DNA from: Calcarisporiella thermophila CBS 279.70
Taxonomy: Eukaryota; Fungi; Calcarisporiellomycota
Length of the DNA stretch: 64,000 nucleotides
Assembly: GCF_041956535.1 (NCBI RefSeq)
Contig: NW_027192191.1
Location: 941,443-1,005,442 of the forward strand
Reading direction: 5' to 3'
A program made the position numbers and the translations under genes. The notes beneath the pieces are model-generated. The model was not told the origin of the DNA and did no database searches. It was given only the letters and a program-made list of their open reading frames with translations. Every line of letters begins with the position of its first letter. Position 1 is the first letter of the stretch. This document shows positions 38,200 through 51,479 of this stretch, piece by piece.

Positions 38200-39955
38200 C
38201 TACGGTTTATTTTATGGACATAATACTTGCAAAACAAAGGTTCTTTATTCCCGATAGACAGTTCAGATAATGTTTACTCTATACATTTTCTGAGTATTCC
38301 CATCTCGGGTACAACAAAATTGCCCAGAGCTATTTATTTGTTCATTTGACTACTTTCGTCAGTGAACGCTATCAGTTTTGGCCAAATATATTTTTTGATT
38401 CAAGTTGAACATTTTTTAATGTAGCTAAATGTTCTCGACCTGATTCTGCATAATTTTAGATCACTCTGATCACACGAATGGTTTGAATGTGATTACCAAA
38501 ATCTTCTAAAAATCTATTAATAGATTTCTTGAGATTTATATGTGCGAATACTCTCTATATATCCAACTCTGAAATAGAGTGAACGACCTATAAATAATTT
38601 TTCCATGTATAACGTCTATTTAAAGCAATGCTTTTTCACCGTCTGTATTTCCGCATCTTCATACAAAATTGCATTAACAATGTGAATATCGCCTGTCAAG
38701 CTGTGCTGCATGACTCCCACTTGTCTCATATGATTATTTTCCATAATCTTTTAGAGTAATAGTACATTCAAAACTACTAAGTAGCGTCAAAGTACAATCT
38801 AAATTTGAGAATTGTGAAAATTTCGCGTCATTCTTATCTAATTAACAATAGATCACCAGTAAGTGAATTAATGTAGAAGCATATAAACAAAGTGCACCGT
38901 TCAATTAAAAGATTGCACGATGCACAAGATTTGAATGATAAATATATGAGAGAACATGTATAAAATCATTAAGCTCATGTAAGAGACAAAATAAGCCAAA
39001 GCTGTCGTGAAAAACTAAACTAAAATGGAAGGAAATAGCATAGTTAGAATTCACCACATCATTCGCACATCGACCTTTTACTTAGGGGTTAAAGAGTACA
39101 AATACAAAGGAATCCGGTGATAGCGGCTCATGATGATAATTGCGTCTATTTATATATCATAACTACTGATTAAATGAGATAAAATTATCTCATCATTGCA
39201 AAATGAATGGAACTGGTTTGCGTCATCCTCACTCTTAAAACTATGGAGAATAAAATTCACGGGCTATGTATCCGCATGAGGCACGCCGAATTCTTTTTAG
39301 GATTTGTGAAAAACACTATCTTCAGGAACAACTAGAAGAACATTTCTTAGCACATTACGGAGTCGGAGTAATAGTTTAATGCCTCATGCTTGTTGGAGTG
39401 GGCGGGTCAGCTGGTATTTGTTGCCACATATTTGAATCCGCTTCAAAAGCATAATCTTTCGGCATCGGTCGCCTCAGTCGAAAAATTGAACGCCTCATTA
39501 ATGGTCATTTGTGACATTGTGGCTAGAACCAATAGATTTAGTGGCGAGTGAGTTTTCCAAATCATCATTTTTGTGGTTAGTCCTTGTTTATTTCGTCCCT
39601 CGATTTTACACTATATTCTCAACTACTTTTGCTACCAATGTATCGGAAGAAGATAACAACTGGGTAGAGCTATTTTCTTTTTCTACTTCCTTCATATTTT
39701 CGTTTATTTCCTTAACAGCTGTATTTTGCACAGAATCATGACAAATCATAGTATTTACCTTTCGATACAAAAGTTCTGGTATTTGCCTTTTTAGCCGTAA
39801 GTACACAATAGAGTTTAAAGCGGATAGAAAATCCAATTGTGAGTGACCAAATTTTAAATCAGTATCCTGGTTGTAGGAACACGTATAAAACGAGCACTTG
39901 ATTGACAAATTCTTTTTTCGCACCTATTCTTAGTTGCATAAACGGCTCTGACCTG
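38200..39955 (-). pseudogene. possible heavily decayed gene, perhaps a Zn2Cys6 transcription factor
   Basis: Patchy coding-like frames with many stops; 5' end reads RA...KNRCEKRICQ / KCSFYTCSY across a frameshift. Confidence 0.2.
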
Positions 39956-40039
39956 TTTTTTTCTATTTAATTCTATCAATTAAATACTTTATATCCTCTA
40001 TCCATTTCCAAACCCATTAGCTCTAACTACAATTCAATC

Positions 40040-40189
40040 ATGGCATGTCATTATTCCGTGTCCTGCTCTAGCTTCCCTCCTGGTAATTATCATTACGAGT
40101 GGGTGTGTCCATGGTGCTTGCAGCGGTTCGCGACAGTTGACGATCTCAACTATCATATTGTAGCATATCACGATGGGCACTGGGGATAA
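40040..40189 (+). CDS. 49-aa single C2H2 zinc-finger microprotein (not in ORF track)
   Basis: Hand translation MACHYSVSCSSFPPGNYHYEWVCPWCLQRFATVDDLNYHIVAYHDGHWG*, canonical C-x2-C-x3-F-x5-L-x2-H-x4-H; GC-richer than flanks. Confidence 0.65.
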   Translation: MACHYSVSCSSFPPGNYHYEWVCPWCLQRFATVDDLNYHIVAYHDGHWG

Positions 40190-40895
40190 TGAGGGAAAAT
40201 ATATTTGAAGGACTTGTCACCATTTCTCAGTCATCACTACCCCTCTTCAGACTTGTACAATCAGTCTTGCTACCAAAATCTTGCAGACCATCTTGCGCTA
40301 AATTTCGAACTAAAGGATAATATCCATCCTTAGCTACTTATTTATTACACACGAGGTTTGAAATTGAAAGTACACATACAAATCCCAATTTGATATATTT
40401 ATACAATATCAATAAATATATAACCATGTTTTCAAAGCCAAGCTTCATTTTAATTGAAATATCTAATATTATTTGTAAATGTCGAATATGAATAATAGAA
40501 TAAAAAATCTTTATCTATATTTTCTGCACTGGTAATTGCCTGCCAATTTGATTGACACTTACATTTTGGAAAAATGCTGAAGTTGAAGAAGTCCTCTTGT
40601 ACACAGTAACCATGGAAGCAAATTTAGTTTAGACCATTTGATTGCAGAAAAGTAGAAGTAGCTGTATAAAATTAGAGTATAGAAAGATCTTTTTGTATAC
40701 TTTTTACACATTTCTCGCGCTATTTCTTTCATTTAGATGATTTCTATTTAATTTTAGTATGTGTGGCAATATTTTTCGTTCACGATAGTAAAGTGAAAAA
40801 TTCCATGACTTATTATTTGGCCACAAAGCAGTCCCAATAAGCCTCAAATAAACAAATCTTTTCTAATTCGCTTCCATCCGGAGATTTGAACTAAC

Positions 40896-41953
40896 ATGAT
40901 AGAAGAGAAGCAGGTAATGAACTACGGGATTTAACAGTTTACATTACAGACGTAAAAGATGAAATTTTCTTATACGATTAGGTATCTAGAGCTGCAAGAG
41001 CACTTTTAGCTCACCTTGCAAAATCAGAAATAAATAATGAGGAAACCATTTGGCTCAACATCACATTCAATGATCCCACAAACACTATAAGGCGTATCAA
41101 GACAAAGAGTGTGTATGTACATTTCTTTATAGGTTATATTTTTAATTGTACTTTTCTTTACTATCTTTTATTTTTTATTTTCTTGCTAGTCCTCTAAGAT
41201 ATAGTCTCTATGGAAAAGATTTAGAGATTTGTTTGCTTACAAAGGATCCTCAAAAAGATTTTGAGGATTGGGTGGAGAAAAAGGGCATAACACAGATAAC
41301 TAGAGTAAGAATGAAATTGGACTATTATCTCTTTGATAATTTATTATTTATCCTTGTGTATATAGGTGATCAGTATTTCTAAATTACGCGAGAAATATAA
41401 AACCACAGAATTAAAGAAAGAGCTATGCGAGTCTTTTGATTTATTCATATGTGACAAGCGAATATTGAAATTCCTTCCCAAAGTGCTTGGGAAAACATTT
41501 GTGGATAGAAAGAAGTAAGATTACCTATTTTATAATTTATATTTAGTCTTAAATTAATAGTGTTTTTTAATATTTTATCAATAGACAGCCTATACCAATT
41601 GATATATCCAATTTCGATAATCTAAAACTTGAAGTTGAACGAGCATGGCGTTCTACCTACATTCATTTGCCTGCTGCTAATAATTTGTAAGCTAGATTTA
41701 TTTATGGTTAATACTTCATCCCTCATTCTAACGTATTTTTGCGATTTATGTGAATAGATCCATTAAAATTGCCAAATCTTCATTTGCGGCTACACAAGTT
41801 GCCGACAATATCTTACATGCAGTTCCACATATTATAGAGGCAGCACCAAAAGGGTGGAAGGCTATCCGTTCGATAGGAATTAAAACGAGAGAATCCGTTA
41901 CTTTACCGATATATGGATCTGAACTGGAGGAGTTAGCGAGAAATAAAAAATAA
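40896..41953 (+). CDS. ribosomal L1 domain-containing protein (RSL1D1/Utp30/Cic1-like)
   Basis: EICLLTKDPQ, FDLFICDKRI..LPKVLGK, NILHAV...GWKAIRSIGIKTRESVTLPIY over 6 exons. Confidence 0.85.
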
Positions 41954-41985
41954 TGTAATATATGCCATAATAGAAGGATAGATAT

Positions 41986-43808
41986 TTAAGCTGAAATTTC
42001 GCCGGTAGCAATTCAAGCAATTGGGCTAGAAATTGTTAAAAATGCAAGAAAGCCGGCACAAGAGTCCTCCAGACAAACTCTTAAGATATGGAATGGCAGT
42101 TTGATTCTCGTTCGTTGACATTCTTAGGTAACCATCCGTTGGCCTAGTGCGGTTGAGAGAGAATTTAGATACAACATGCGATTTCCACTTATATTACTTT
42201 TTGATACATACTTCTCCCAGGAAATAATCCCAATGTGGATTTACTCCTCCTTCGGTCTGAAAATTCCAGAAAAACCATCCAATACCCTCTTCAAAAGCAT
42301 CCATTTGCTTTTCAGCAAAGGTTCTCAAATATTTGCGATATTCTGGTGTCCACAGCTCCCAATCTTCCGATCCCGTACAAGTACATGGTTTGTTCGGACA
42401 ATGGGCAGATGAGTTGTCGTATGTTCCCTCCCATCGAGTTCCTATCCCAACGCCATTAAGAAACGGGCCGCAGTCATTGATTGCAACTGACCACTGTTAT
42501 GGATCATATATATACATTTGAAAAAGGGTATATATCAAATAAAAAATACTGTATAAAGATTGAATTAAAAATAAAGCGATAATCACCTCTCCCACTATCG
42601 TCATAATGTTCTTTTGTTTGGCTTCAATGAGATCTTTTCTCCAGTCGGCGCACGGAAAAAAAAGTTTTTCATTACGCGACAATTTCAATAGATACTTATT
42701 GAAGATTAAGTAGTTGTGCAAATCTAATATGGAGAATTTGTTTAAAAAATTAGCAAGTTCTCGATGCCTTATTCAGCATACCCATGATTGCTGGGTCGTT
42801 TCCAGCAAGAGCTACTTTTCCTTCCCACCATTTACGCCCCATAAAACCGTCATGATAAACCAGCAACGGACCACGGGCATCAGGATTAATCGCCCTTAAT
42901 CTCTCAAGAGCAAATTTATGCCATTCAACTGTAAGCTGCTTACTCTGATCGCTCATCAAAAATATTGCCGGCTCGTTTAAAATTCCTACGAGGGTTACCA
43001 CATTTTCATATCGCGGTTGTGCGAAACGTCGCATAAGTTCTTCCAATATATCTAACGTTCTATTCGCATATTTGAACCCATCTGGCGTACCATCTAGCCA
43101 GCCCATGTTCCCCACACGACCACAGTGGTTCCAAATATTCTGATGGCCTGGGGCTGCGTGAAGTTCTAACATAATGCGGAGTCCGTATTTTCGAGCCCAT
43201 TCGATACCCCGCAGCAAATACTTGAAGCTTACTTTGTGCACATAAGGGGCTTCTTCCTGTATCGACCAGAAGGGCAACGGGATTCGCACGTGATTGAAGC
43301 CAAGATCCACAATTCGTTTGAAAGTTTCCTCTGTTACAAATGTGTCATAATGTTTCTCGAGTCGCCGCTGGGCTTCCTTTTGTCCGAGGGCACGAGACAG
43401 GGAGTACTCGTCCACAGCGCCAGTCTCGTTGAAAAAAGATGGCGTGATAAATGGCTCTAGAATAAGCCAACCCCCGAGATTCACGCCGCGGACTTTGTGC
43501 ATACCACCGTAATCAAAAAAATCCTTGAGCGCGGGTGTGTATGCATTAGGCCGTGCAGAGTCGTCCCATGTCTCACCAGGCTCCCTGACGCCGTCTGCTT
43601 TGCGGTGAGCGGGAATTATGGCCAAAAAATACGCAAGCAGAATTGCCGCTACAACAAATAGGAAGATCGCGAAAAGAAGCAAGTAGACGCACACTCGACA
43701 TTTTTTTATGCATCGTCTTTTCTGTTCTATATCTCCTTGGACGGGCCTTGCTCTGCTTATGCAAGATTTGCATCGCACCCGCCATTCGTCTTGAGCAAGA
43801 GGGGGCAT
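41986..43808 (-). CDS. GH5 exo-beta-1,3-glucanase, type II membrane anchored (Exg2-like)
   Basis: VRGVNLGGWLILEPFITPS, FNHVRIP, ELHAAPG, ILNEP acid/base, IVGEW nucleophile, N-terminal TM. Confidence 0.92.
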
Positions 43809-44448
43809 GTGTAGAAGTAATGAAACGTAATTGAGGCCTCCAGTGGATTGCCAATGGCTTGTTTTATTTAGCCTGAGCCCGAGAAGAGTCTATTCTATTA
43901 ATACATGCCGATTTCCAGGCTTGTGATGAACTGGGCACTTGCCAAAAGAAAAAGAGATGGAGGAAGCTGCACAATAGCGGCAATTTATTATGGAGAATGA
44001 AGAGAAATAAGTGTGGGATAAAGGGCTTGAGAACAGTAGCTTTAAATTCTGTTCCTCTGCTACTAATTTCATTCCTCTCAGGGCTGCCTATTTCCATTTG
44101 TATTCGCGTCAAAGGGGATTTTGCAGATTCATGAGGTCATCGAAGCTTAGATTACTTCATATCGAGCATCTTAAATTAATCTGCCCCGATTTCCTTGTTA
44201 TCTCTTTCATTCTATTACAAATTCGTACTCGGCTCTTCTATGTTGAACCTGCTTTTTGCAGTTATTTAGTTTTAATCTTCTAAGGGGAGAGACAGAGGAG
44301 AGGACGAAGGTCAGATATACCTTTTCGATTTCCAATAATTATATCTCCCATTCCAGCGCATATTTGGTTGCTTATATATTGCTCGTTTGGTCATTTTCCC
44401 TCTATTGGAGCATCTCGTTATTCCAGAGCAAAAAAGAGCCTATAAAAT

Positions 44449-46173
44449 ATGGCTACAAAATCTCAATCAGCCCCCATTTCTGCCGGTGAATTTTCTCTTT
44501 ACCTCCCCACTTTACCACACACAGTAATTCCTCAGCACCCTCAGAATTGGAGCCACAAATGCAAGCGCTCTTCATGGTTTGGCTATTTCTCATTGTGCGG
44601 GAATCGGAATGGTTCATTTGCCCTCGGCGTCGAAAATGAAGCCTTGACGACTGAATCTTCATCTTCGGGTAAAAATAGCGCTTCTCACAAAATTGGAACA
44701 GAAGAGAGAGTAGAGCGGCTAGAACGTACTTGTCCATTTTCTTGGCCACAAAATATATTTCTGGCGCCTTTTAATGCATCAGAACAATCAAAATTTGAGC
44801 TGAAGCGATCGAAGACGTACTGCGGAGCGCGACGCTCTATTCTGATTAAACGCTTGCAAAATGGCCGTCGGAATTCGTGTATAGATACTTCTAACTGCAC
44901 ACAAGACGCGACAGATTCTCGAACGATAGTTGACCGGCCAAAAAGCGAAATATATATACCAACTGAGACTGAAGAAGAGCGAGAGGAGGGGGAGTCTATC
45001 ACTTTGGGCGGTCAAGATACAATAGTGGAAGGACTTTCTGTTGAACGAGTGTGTAGTAAACATGAAGTAGAGAGCAAGGAGAGCACCAAATGCCCTCAAA
45101 CTGATTCCTCCATCCGACGCTCATGGTCAAGTGTTGATATACCACGGATAAAATCGTTATTCAGGAAATCAGAAAATGTAGAGCGACGTCTCACCTATAC
45201 ACCCACAAGTAGCAACCCACAAATCAACATGGAAGATATAACCAGAAAGCAAGTCATTCTTCAGCAAGCATTAGATAATGCAAAGCAGGCGGTGCCAAAA
45301 GAAACAATCGGGGAATTATCCAAAGTAATATGAATATTTTCCATTAGCTCTTTGAAAACAACTAAATAAAACTTTCGTTTACTTGAATAGACGTGCTCTT
45401 CTATCGAATCCCCTGAGCATAATGCTCGCATGCGTTGGTTTATTATTGAGGAAATTATTTCAACAGAAGAGACATTACATATGAATCTTAAGCTTCTATG
45501 CACCGCATTTGTTGAGCCGTTTAAATCAGCGGCAAACTCCGAGAAACCCCTTGTTGATCCGGCGGATGTAGACATAATGTTTGCACATGTAGAAGAATTA
45601 AAAAATGTATCCAACGCTTTGGCTAGAGATTTACGCTTAGTTAGAGGTGAGGAAGCAGGAGTAGGAAAAGTATTCTTGCAGCACGAGCAAAATTTTGTGG
45701 CTTATATTCGCTATGCTATTAACTTTGACAATGCCCAAAAGGCATTGCAGCGAGCAGATAGAAATATTCTCTATCGAAAATTTATTCAAGTATATACAAG
45801 TAACGTTTGGGATATGTTTTATAGCTTCTAATTCCTTCTTTTCTTAGGATTCGCTGAGGAATCAGGATTGCCATAGGTTGACTTTGAGTGATCTTATGAT
45901 CCAGCCCATTCAGCGAATTACTCGGTATTGCTTACTTCTGCGTAGTGAGTATTAATATTAGACCTTCATTTATTTGCTGACCATGGTCTGAAGTGTTTAT
46001 TAATTTGGTTAGATCTCCTAAAATATACACCTTCCAACCATCTCGATCACACCAACCTCTTATTGGCAATTTATCAGATGGAAACGGTAGCCATCGCAGC
46101 AAATGAGGCTCAAAAGCAAAAGCAAAAAGGCTCTACCAGGTTATCGATAATGAAATGGAAAAATACGAATTAA
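44449..46173 (+). CDS. RhoGEF (Dbl homology domain) protein
   Basis: RWFIIEEIISTEETL, LTLSDLMIQPIQRITRYCLLLRDLLKYTP..HLDH. Confidence 0.88.
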
Positions 46174-46458
46174 CCTTTATTTTATTGTATATTTTAAAGA
46201 TATCTTATTCTTATTTTTATCACTCTCGATTGTATCATAGTTTAACTTTTCAAATTATTCCTCTGCTATTGCTTGTATAGCTTGCATTACTTTTTTATTC
46301 CTCTTTTTGCTCCCAATTTCTTAATTGCCAGTTAACATTTTTATGATTTTTTTTGGATATCATTAGTTTGTAATATAGAGCGACCAGCTATCATTACTTT
46401 ATCAATGTACATCTCCGAGCGAGGAAAAAAAAACTACAGTCCTCTGTCCGTTAGTGAA

Positions 46459-47322
46459 CTAGATATATTTCTTCACTGCTTCATCCAAACGGTCCCATAC
46501 TTTTCTTGCGAGCTCCCCATCTAACGACTCTCTAGAAGGAGCTGCAGCTCTGCCTTTCTGGTAGTACCATTTATCTATATCTACATTCTCTGACACGGCA
46601 GGAATTAAGATCCTATTCGCGCCTATTTCCGGACTACCTCCCCAAAATATCACAGCGCTTCGCAAAATTGATAAAGGTAATGGTATTCCATCGTTTATCC
46701 CAATATTACTTTTGATGAATCCGGGATCTGCCGCAAACACCTTCACATCCACGCTACGTAAGCGTCGATTAAATTCCGCTGCCATCAAGTTAGTTATTAA
46801 CTTTGAATTAGCGTAAGCAAACAATGTTGAAAAGCTTTGCTCAGAATTAAGATTGCTAAAATCCAACTTTGCATATCGATGTGAGTTCGAACTAGTGAAG
46901 ACAACGCGTGAATCTTTTCGAAGAAGAGGTGTGAGGAGTCGGACAAGCAAAAAATGGGAAATAACATTGACTTGATACATCTGCTCGAATCCATCTTGAG
47001 TCTTTGTAAGTTTAGGGAAGGAACACCCTGCATTAAGTAGCAGCAGATCTATTCCCTCGCCTGTCTTGATGAAATTCTGTCCAAAGCTTTTTACGCTCTC
47101 AAGGCTTGACAAATCTAACGGCCAACTCTCGATAATAATTGGGCGAGGGGAGTTCTTTACCAGCTCCGTTCTGATATTGTCACCATGAACAGGATTACGC
47201 GAGCCAAAAATAATCTTCCTTGGTTTCCAGGAAACTATCTTGTCGAGAGCTGCACGGCCAATTCCATGTGTCGCTCCCGTTATAACTACTAATTTTCCTT
47301 CAAGATTACCGTGAAAATTCAT
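46459..47322 (-). CDS. short-chain dehydrogenase/reductase (retinol DH/WWOX-like), intronless
   Basis: VITGATHGIG, LLLNAG, YANSK catalytic YxxxK, DPGFI. Confidence 0.92.
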   Translation of the reverse strand: MNFHGNLEGKLVVITGATHGIGRAALDKIVSWKPRKIIFGSRNPVHGDNIRTELVKNSPRPIIIESWPLDLSSLESVKSFGQNFIKTGEGIDLLLLNAGCSFPKLTKTQDGFEQMYQVNVISHFLLVRLLTPLLRKDSRVVFTSSNSHRYAKLDFSNLNSEQSFSTLFAYANSKLITNLMAAEFNRRLRSVDVKVFAADPGFIKSNIGINDGIPLPLSILRSAVIFWGGSPEIGANRILIPAVSENVDIDKWYYQKGRAAAPSRESLDGELARKVWDRLDEAVKKYI

Positions 47323-47740
47323 ATTTCTCTAAAAAGAGAGCAAAATCCAAGTGTTAAAGGTAATTTTTCACGAGATATTCACACCTGTGGCAAAAATTTA
47401 TTATCAGGCACAATCCAGTAATTTTATTTTAGTACCATTTACTGAAATTTCAGACGAAACACAATTATATATGTACTATAAAAAAATCTGACAGCCTCAA
47501 TACAAATGCCAGCTATGGCAGAGTACCTTGTTAACAAGTTAGATAAACGAGTATTCTATCCAGAGGTTTAATGATGCTTGTAGTTAAAAAATGTATGTGC
47601 ACAAATTTTATAATATTTTCAGCCAATATACCTAAAGTATTTTTCTGTTTAATAACCATAACCAAGCCACAGAATGATATTAATATAATTGTGACCGAAA
47701 TAAAGTACATTATTAAGTTTTTACTCCAATTCACCAGGGG

Positions 47741-49744
47741 ATGTCACAAAGTAAAATCTGGAATGTCCCTTTTAAACATATTTCACATTTTTCAACAGCT
47801 AGACTATCAAATAACCTTCGGAAACAAAATGGGGCCATAGACAAGAAATGGCAACCTGTTATAGGTCTAGAAATCCATGCTCAAATTGCTAGTCGTTCTA
47901 AACTCTTTTCTGGCAAGTATAAGCTAGCCCATAATCCATTTCATTTATTAACTTCTTATTCATTTGGATAGCTTCTCCTACACAGTTTAACGACCCGGTC
48001 AATACTAATGTATCTGCTTTTGATGCTGCTTTTCCCGGAGTGCAACCAGTAATCAGTTTGGATTTGAAGAATTATTTATCACTCACAGCTCATTCTTAAC
48101 ATTATTGTAGCAAATCAATGGGACATGTATAGATTTGGGTGTAAAAACTGCATTAGCTCTAGGTTCGTCCGTGCAACCTAAGTCTTCATTCGATCGCAAG
48201 CATTACTTTTATCCCGATCTTCCTTTTGGGTATCAAATAACTCAACATTATGGTAATTTTGTTTAACCTTTATAGCAAAATAATGAGAGAAAATTAATTC
48301 ATTGTCACATCTAGAGCCCTTTGCACTAGGTGGCTTTATTCAGCTCGGTGAATATGATGGCATTCCGCACCCATACCAAATTCGTATCAAACAAATCCAA
48401 CTTGAACAGGTAAAGTCGAGGCTCAACTATTCTCCTAATATCCTGTAATAAAAATGTTTTTGTAGGACACTGGAAAGAGCATACACGACATATATCCGGG
48501 GTTTTCTCTTATCGATTTAAACCGTGCAGGTATTGGACTAATGGAGATAGTAACAGAGCCTGATATTCGCACAGCACAAGATGCTGGGCTCGTTGTACGT
48601 AAGCTTCAAGCTCTGTTGCGCTGTGTAGGATCCTCGAATGGGAACATGGAGGAGGTATAGCAATGCAAATGTATTGCGATTTCTTGAAAATTCAGCTAAC
48701 AAATATTGTAATGGTAGGGCTCAATGAGATGTGATGTTAATGTATCAATAAGAGAACCAGGAGGTGAATTTGGGACACGGTGTGAGTTGAAAAATTTGAG
48801 CAGTGTTAAATTTTTGATGGACGCGATTGGTATATATATGCATACAATAGTAATTATCCCAGGCTAAATTTTTTGAGACTGAATTTTTATTTGATTCAGA
48901 GGCCGAAGTAAGACGGCAAATTAACCTACTTGAACATGGAATGCCCGTTCGCCAAGAGACCCGTGGCTATGATGCCTCAGCACGGAAAACCTTCCTTCTT
49001 CGAACCAAGGAGACTGCGCCGGATTACCGCTATATGCCAGAGCCAGATCTCCCTCCTCTTTTGCTTTCAAGCTCATACATTACGAGAATTAAGAGTACAA
49101 TACCTGAATTACCTGACCAGAAACGTGAGAGAATGTTGAGGGAATACGGCATCCCACTCAGAGATGTAAATGCGATGCTCAATGAGCCTCAAGGTGTGGA
49201 GTATTATGAGGAGCTTTGTAATCCAAGTGAGGGCAAGAAAAGAGATCCACGTAAAGCTGCCAACTGGATGGTTCACGAACTATTTGGGCAGCTGCACACG
49301 CGCGATTTGACATTCATTAAAAACCCAGTCTCGCCTGGACAGCTTGGTTCAGTGTTAGATCTGGTAGAAATGGGAGTTATTTCTGGGAAGATTGGTAAAA
49401 ATGTTGTTAGCGTGATGGTAGAAGGTGACAGTAGAATGGCGCAAGCTATCGTAGAAGAGAGAGGATGGAAGGTTATTGAGGGGGGAGAGGAGTTAGAAAT
49501 TGTGTGCGAGAAAATCATGGCTAAATATCCAGACAAAGTATATTATTATTCTTCTCTCTTTTTCGTTGTTTCATTAACCTTTTTTCGCTCTTTTATTACC
49601 TAGGTAATGGCTGTAAAAGGCGGGAATCATAATCTTCTTAAGTGGTTTGTAGGGCAAGTGATGCAGGCAACGCGAGGCAAGGCGAGTCCAAAGAAAGTCA
49701 TTGAAGTACTCGAAAGCAAATTAATTGGAAAAAAGGAGAAATAA
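47741..49744 (+). CDS. PET112: mitochondrial Glu-tRNA(Gln) amidotransferase subunit B
   Basis: [73 protein letters not shown]. Confidence 0.95.
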
Positions 49745-49794
49745 ATTAAATATTCTTGTAAATGACTTGATCGGAAACATGAAAAAATTAAATA

Positions 49795-49802
49795 TGTGAC
49801 TG
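49795..49802 (+). promoter_or_regulatory. Homol-D box (TGTGACTG) upstream of RPS26
   Basis: Exact match to the fission-yeast ribosomal-protein core promoter element, about 110 bp upstream of the ATG. Confidence 0.55.
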
Positions 49803-49912
49803 TTCAATATCTAGCATTCAGAAAGCATTCAGAAATCTCGACCGCTATCATTAGGTAAAGACTTTCTTTCAAGGTTCTCTCCTCCTCCATTCATCTGGGA
49901 ATCGTGTACATC

Positions 49913-50644
49913 ATGGTGAGCATCTATTAAAAACATGCATCCATCCATCGGATATGCTTTATAGGGTGATGTCGAGAATCACTGCGACTATTACTGTGAA
50001 GCATATATTTGTGATGTGAAGGGATCGTAAGAATTCTATTCGCATCATGAATGAAGAATAGATCATGGATGTAGAAGAGTGAAGACAGCAATTTGGATGA
50101 GATTAAATTTTAGTATCTTTGCATGCATGTTGAATATTTTTTGTTATAGACTACCAAACGTAGAAACAACGGACGCAACAAACATGGCCGCGGTCACGTT
50201 AAGCCAGTGCGCTGCTCCAACTGCGCTCGTTGTGTTCCTAAGGTTTGTTCGAATCTTCCTACCCAATAGTTGCTCCGTGAAGATTAATATAGACCGATGA
50301 AAATCGCAAATAGGACAAAGCTATTAAGCGTTTCACTGTGAGGAACATGGTTGAATCTGCTGCCGTCCGTGATATCACTGAAGCATCCATCTACCAAGGT
50401 TCAATCGCTTAGTTCTATTGCTCCTTTCCTATCACACCTTGAGCTCACAATTTTAATCTTTGTAGAGTACGCTCTGCCCAAACTCTACGTTAAACTCCAC
50501 TACTGCGTTTCTTGCGCTATCCATGCGCACATTGTGCGTGTCCGCTCTCGCGAGGGTCGTCGTGATCGTAACCCCCCGCCCCGTTTCCGCTTCAACAAGG
50601 ACGGCAAGAAGGTGAACCCAGCCGCACAGAAGGCATCTGCCTAA
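49913..50644 (+). CDS. RPS26: 40S ribosomal protein S26 (eS26)
   Basis: ATG-only first coding exon; [38 protein letters not shown]...[17 protein letters not shown]. Confidence 0.97.
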
Positions 50645-50892
50645 AATGCTTGTTTTTTATTGTTACTACTCCATATCTGTTTATTTTAAATAAACGGTTT
50701 TACATCGTCGTTTTGGATATACAGATAAATCTTTCTCAACATGACATTAGAGCACAAGTTCATTTTGGCATATGGTCAATCGTTGATTGTAGCAAGGCAG
50801 AGAAGGTTTATTTTTAAACAAAAATAAAATGCGAAAGAAATATTTATTGGGAACATACTCCTGTACATTAACAGGTTTAGGCTGGAGGTTAT

Positions 50893-51479
50893 TTACTGCT
50901 GAGCAGGGCTACAACATATTATTATAGAAATATATCAGGACTTAGACTCTATTATAAACAGATAAGATCTTCATTCTTACCGGCCGCGACCAAATCCACC
51001 ACGGAATTCAGGACGGAAATCACCTCCTGCACCCTCCTTCTTTCGGTACTCATCGCGGTCAGATCGTGGACCACGGGGTCCTTCACGGCGTCCCTCTTCG
51101 CGACCAGGGCGGACACCTGGTGCACGGGTAGTGCGTTTGAAAGTAGCAGGCACGATCTCCGAAGGCAGATGAAGGAAGTTTCGGATGTACTCAATACCCT
51201 CATTCGTGAGGGTGTAGTAATAGTACTGCCACGAGAACTGTGTCTTGACGTATCCACGCGAGTTCAGAGATTGCATGGCTTTGATAACCTCAAGGTTTGG
51301 GACGTCGAGCTCCTGGTGCTTGGGCGCGTTGAAGTCTTTTTTGGCCACAAGAACACCCTCTATTCCCAGAAAGTAGTGCTGGATAAATAAAGTGCAAAAA
51401 ACAGTTGCATAATCCATTAATGGTCACCTTTGAAGAGGTTCTCGTAGATGAGCTTCCGGTTCTGCTTCGAGATAAGCAT
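50893..51479 (-). CDS. RPS10: 40S ribosomal protein S10 (eS10); additional 5'-UTR intron ~51494-51725
   Basis: [27 protein letters not shown]...[21 protein letters not shown]...EFRGGFGRG. Confidence 0.97.
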
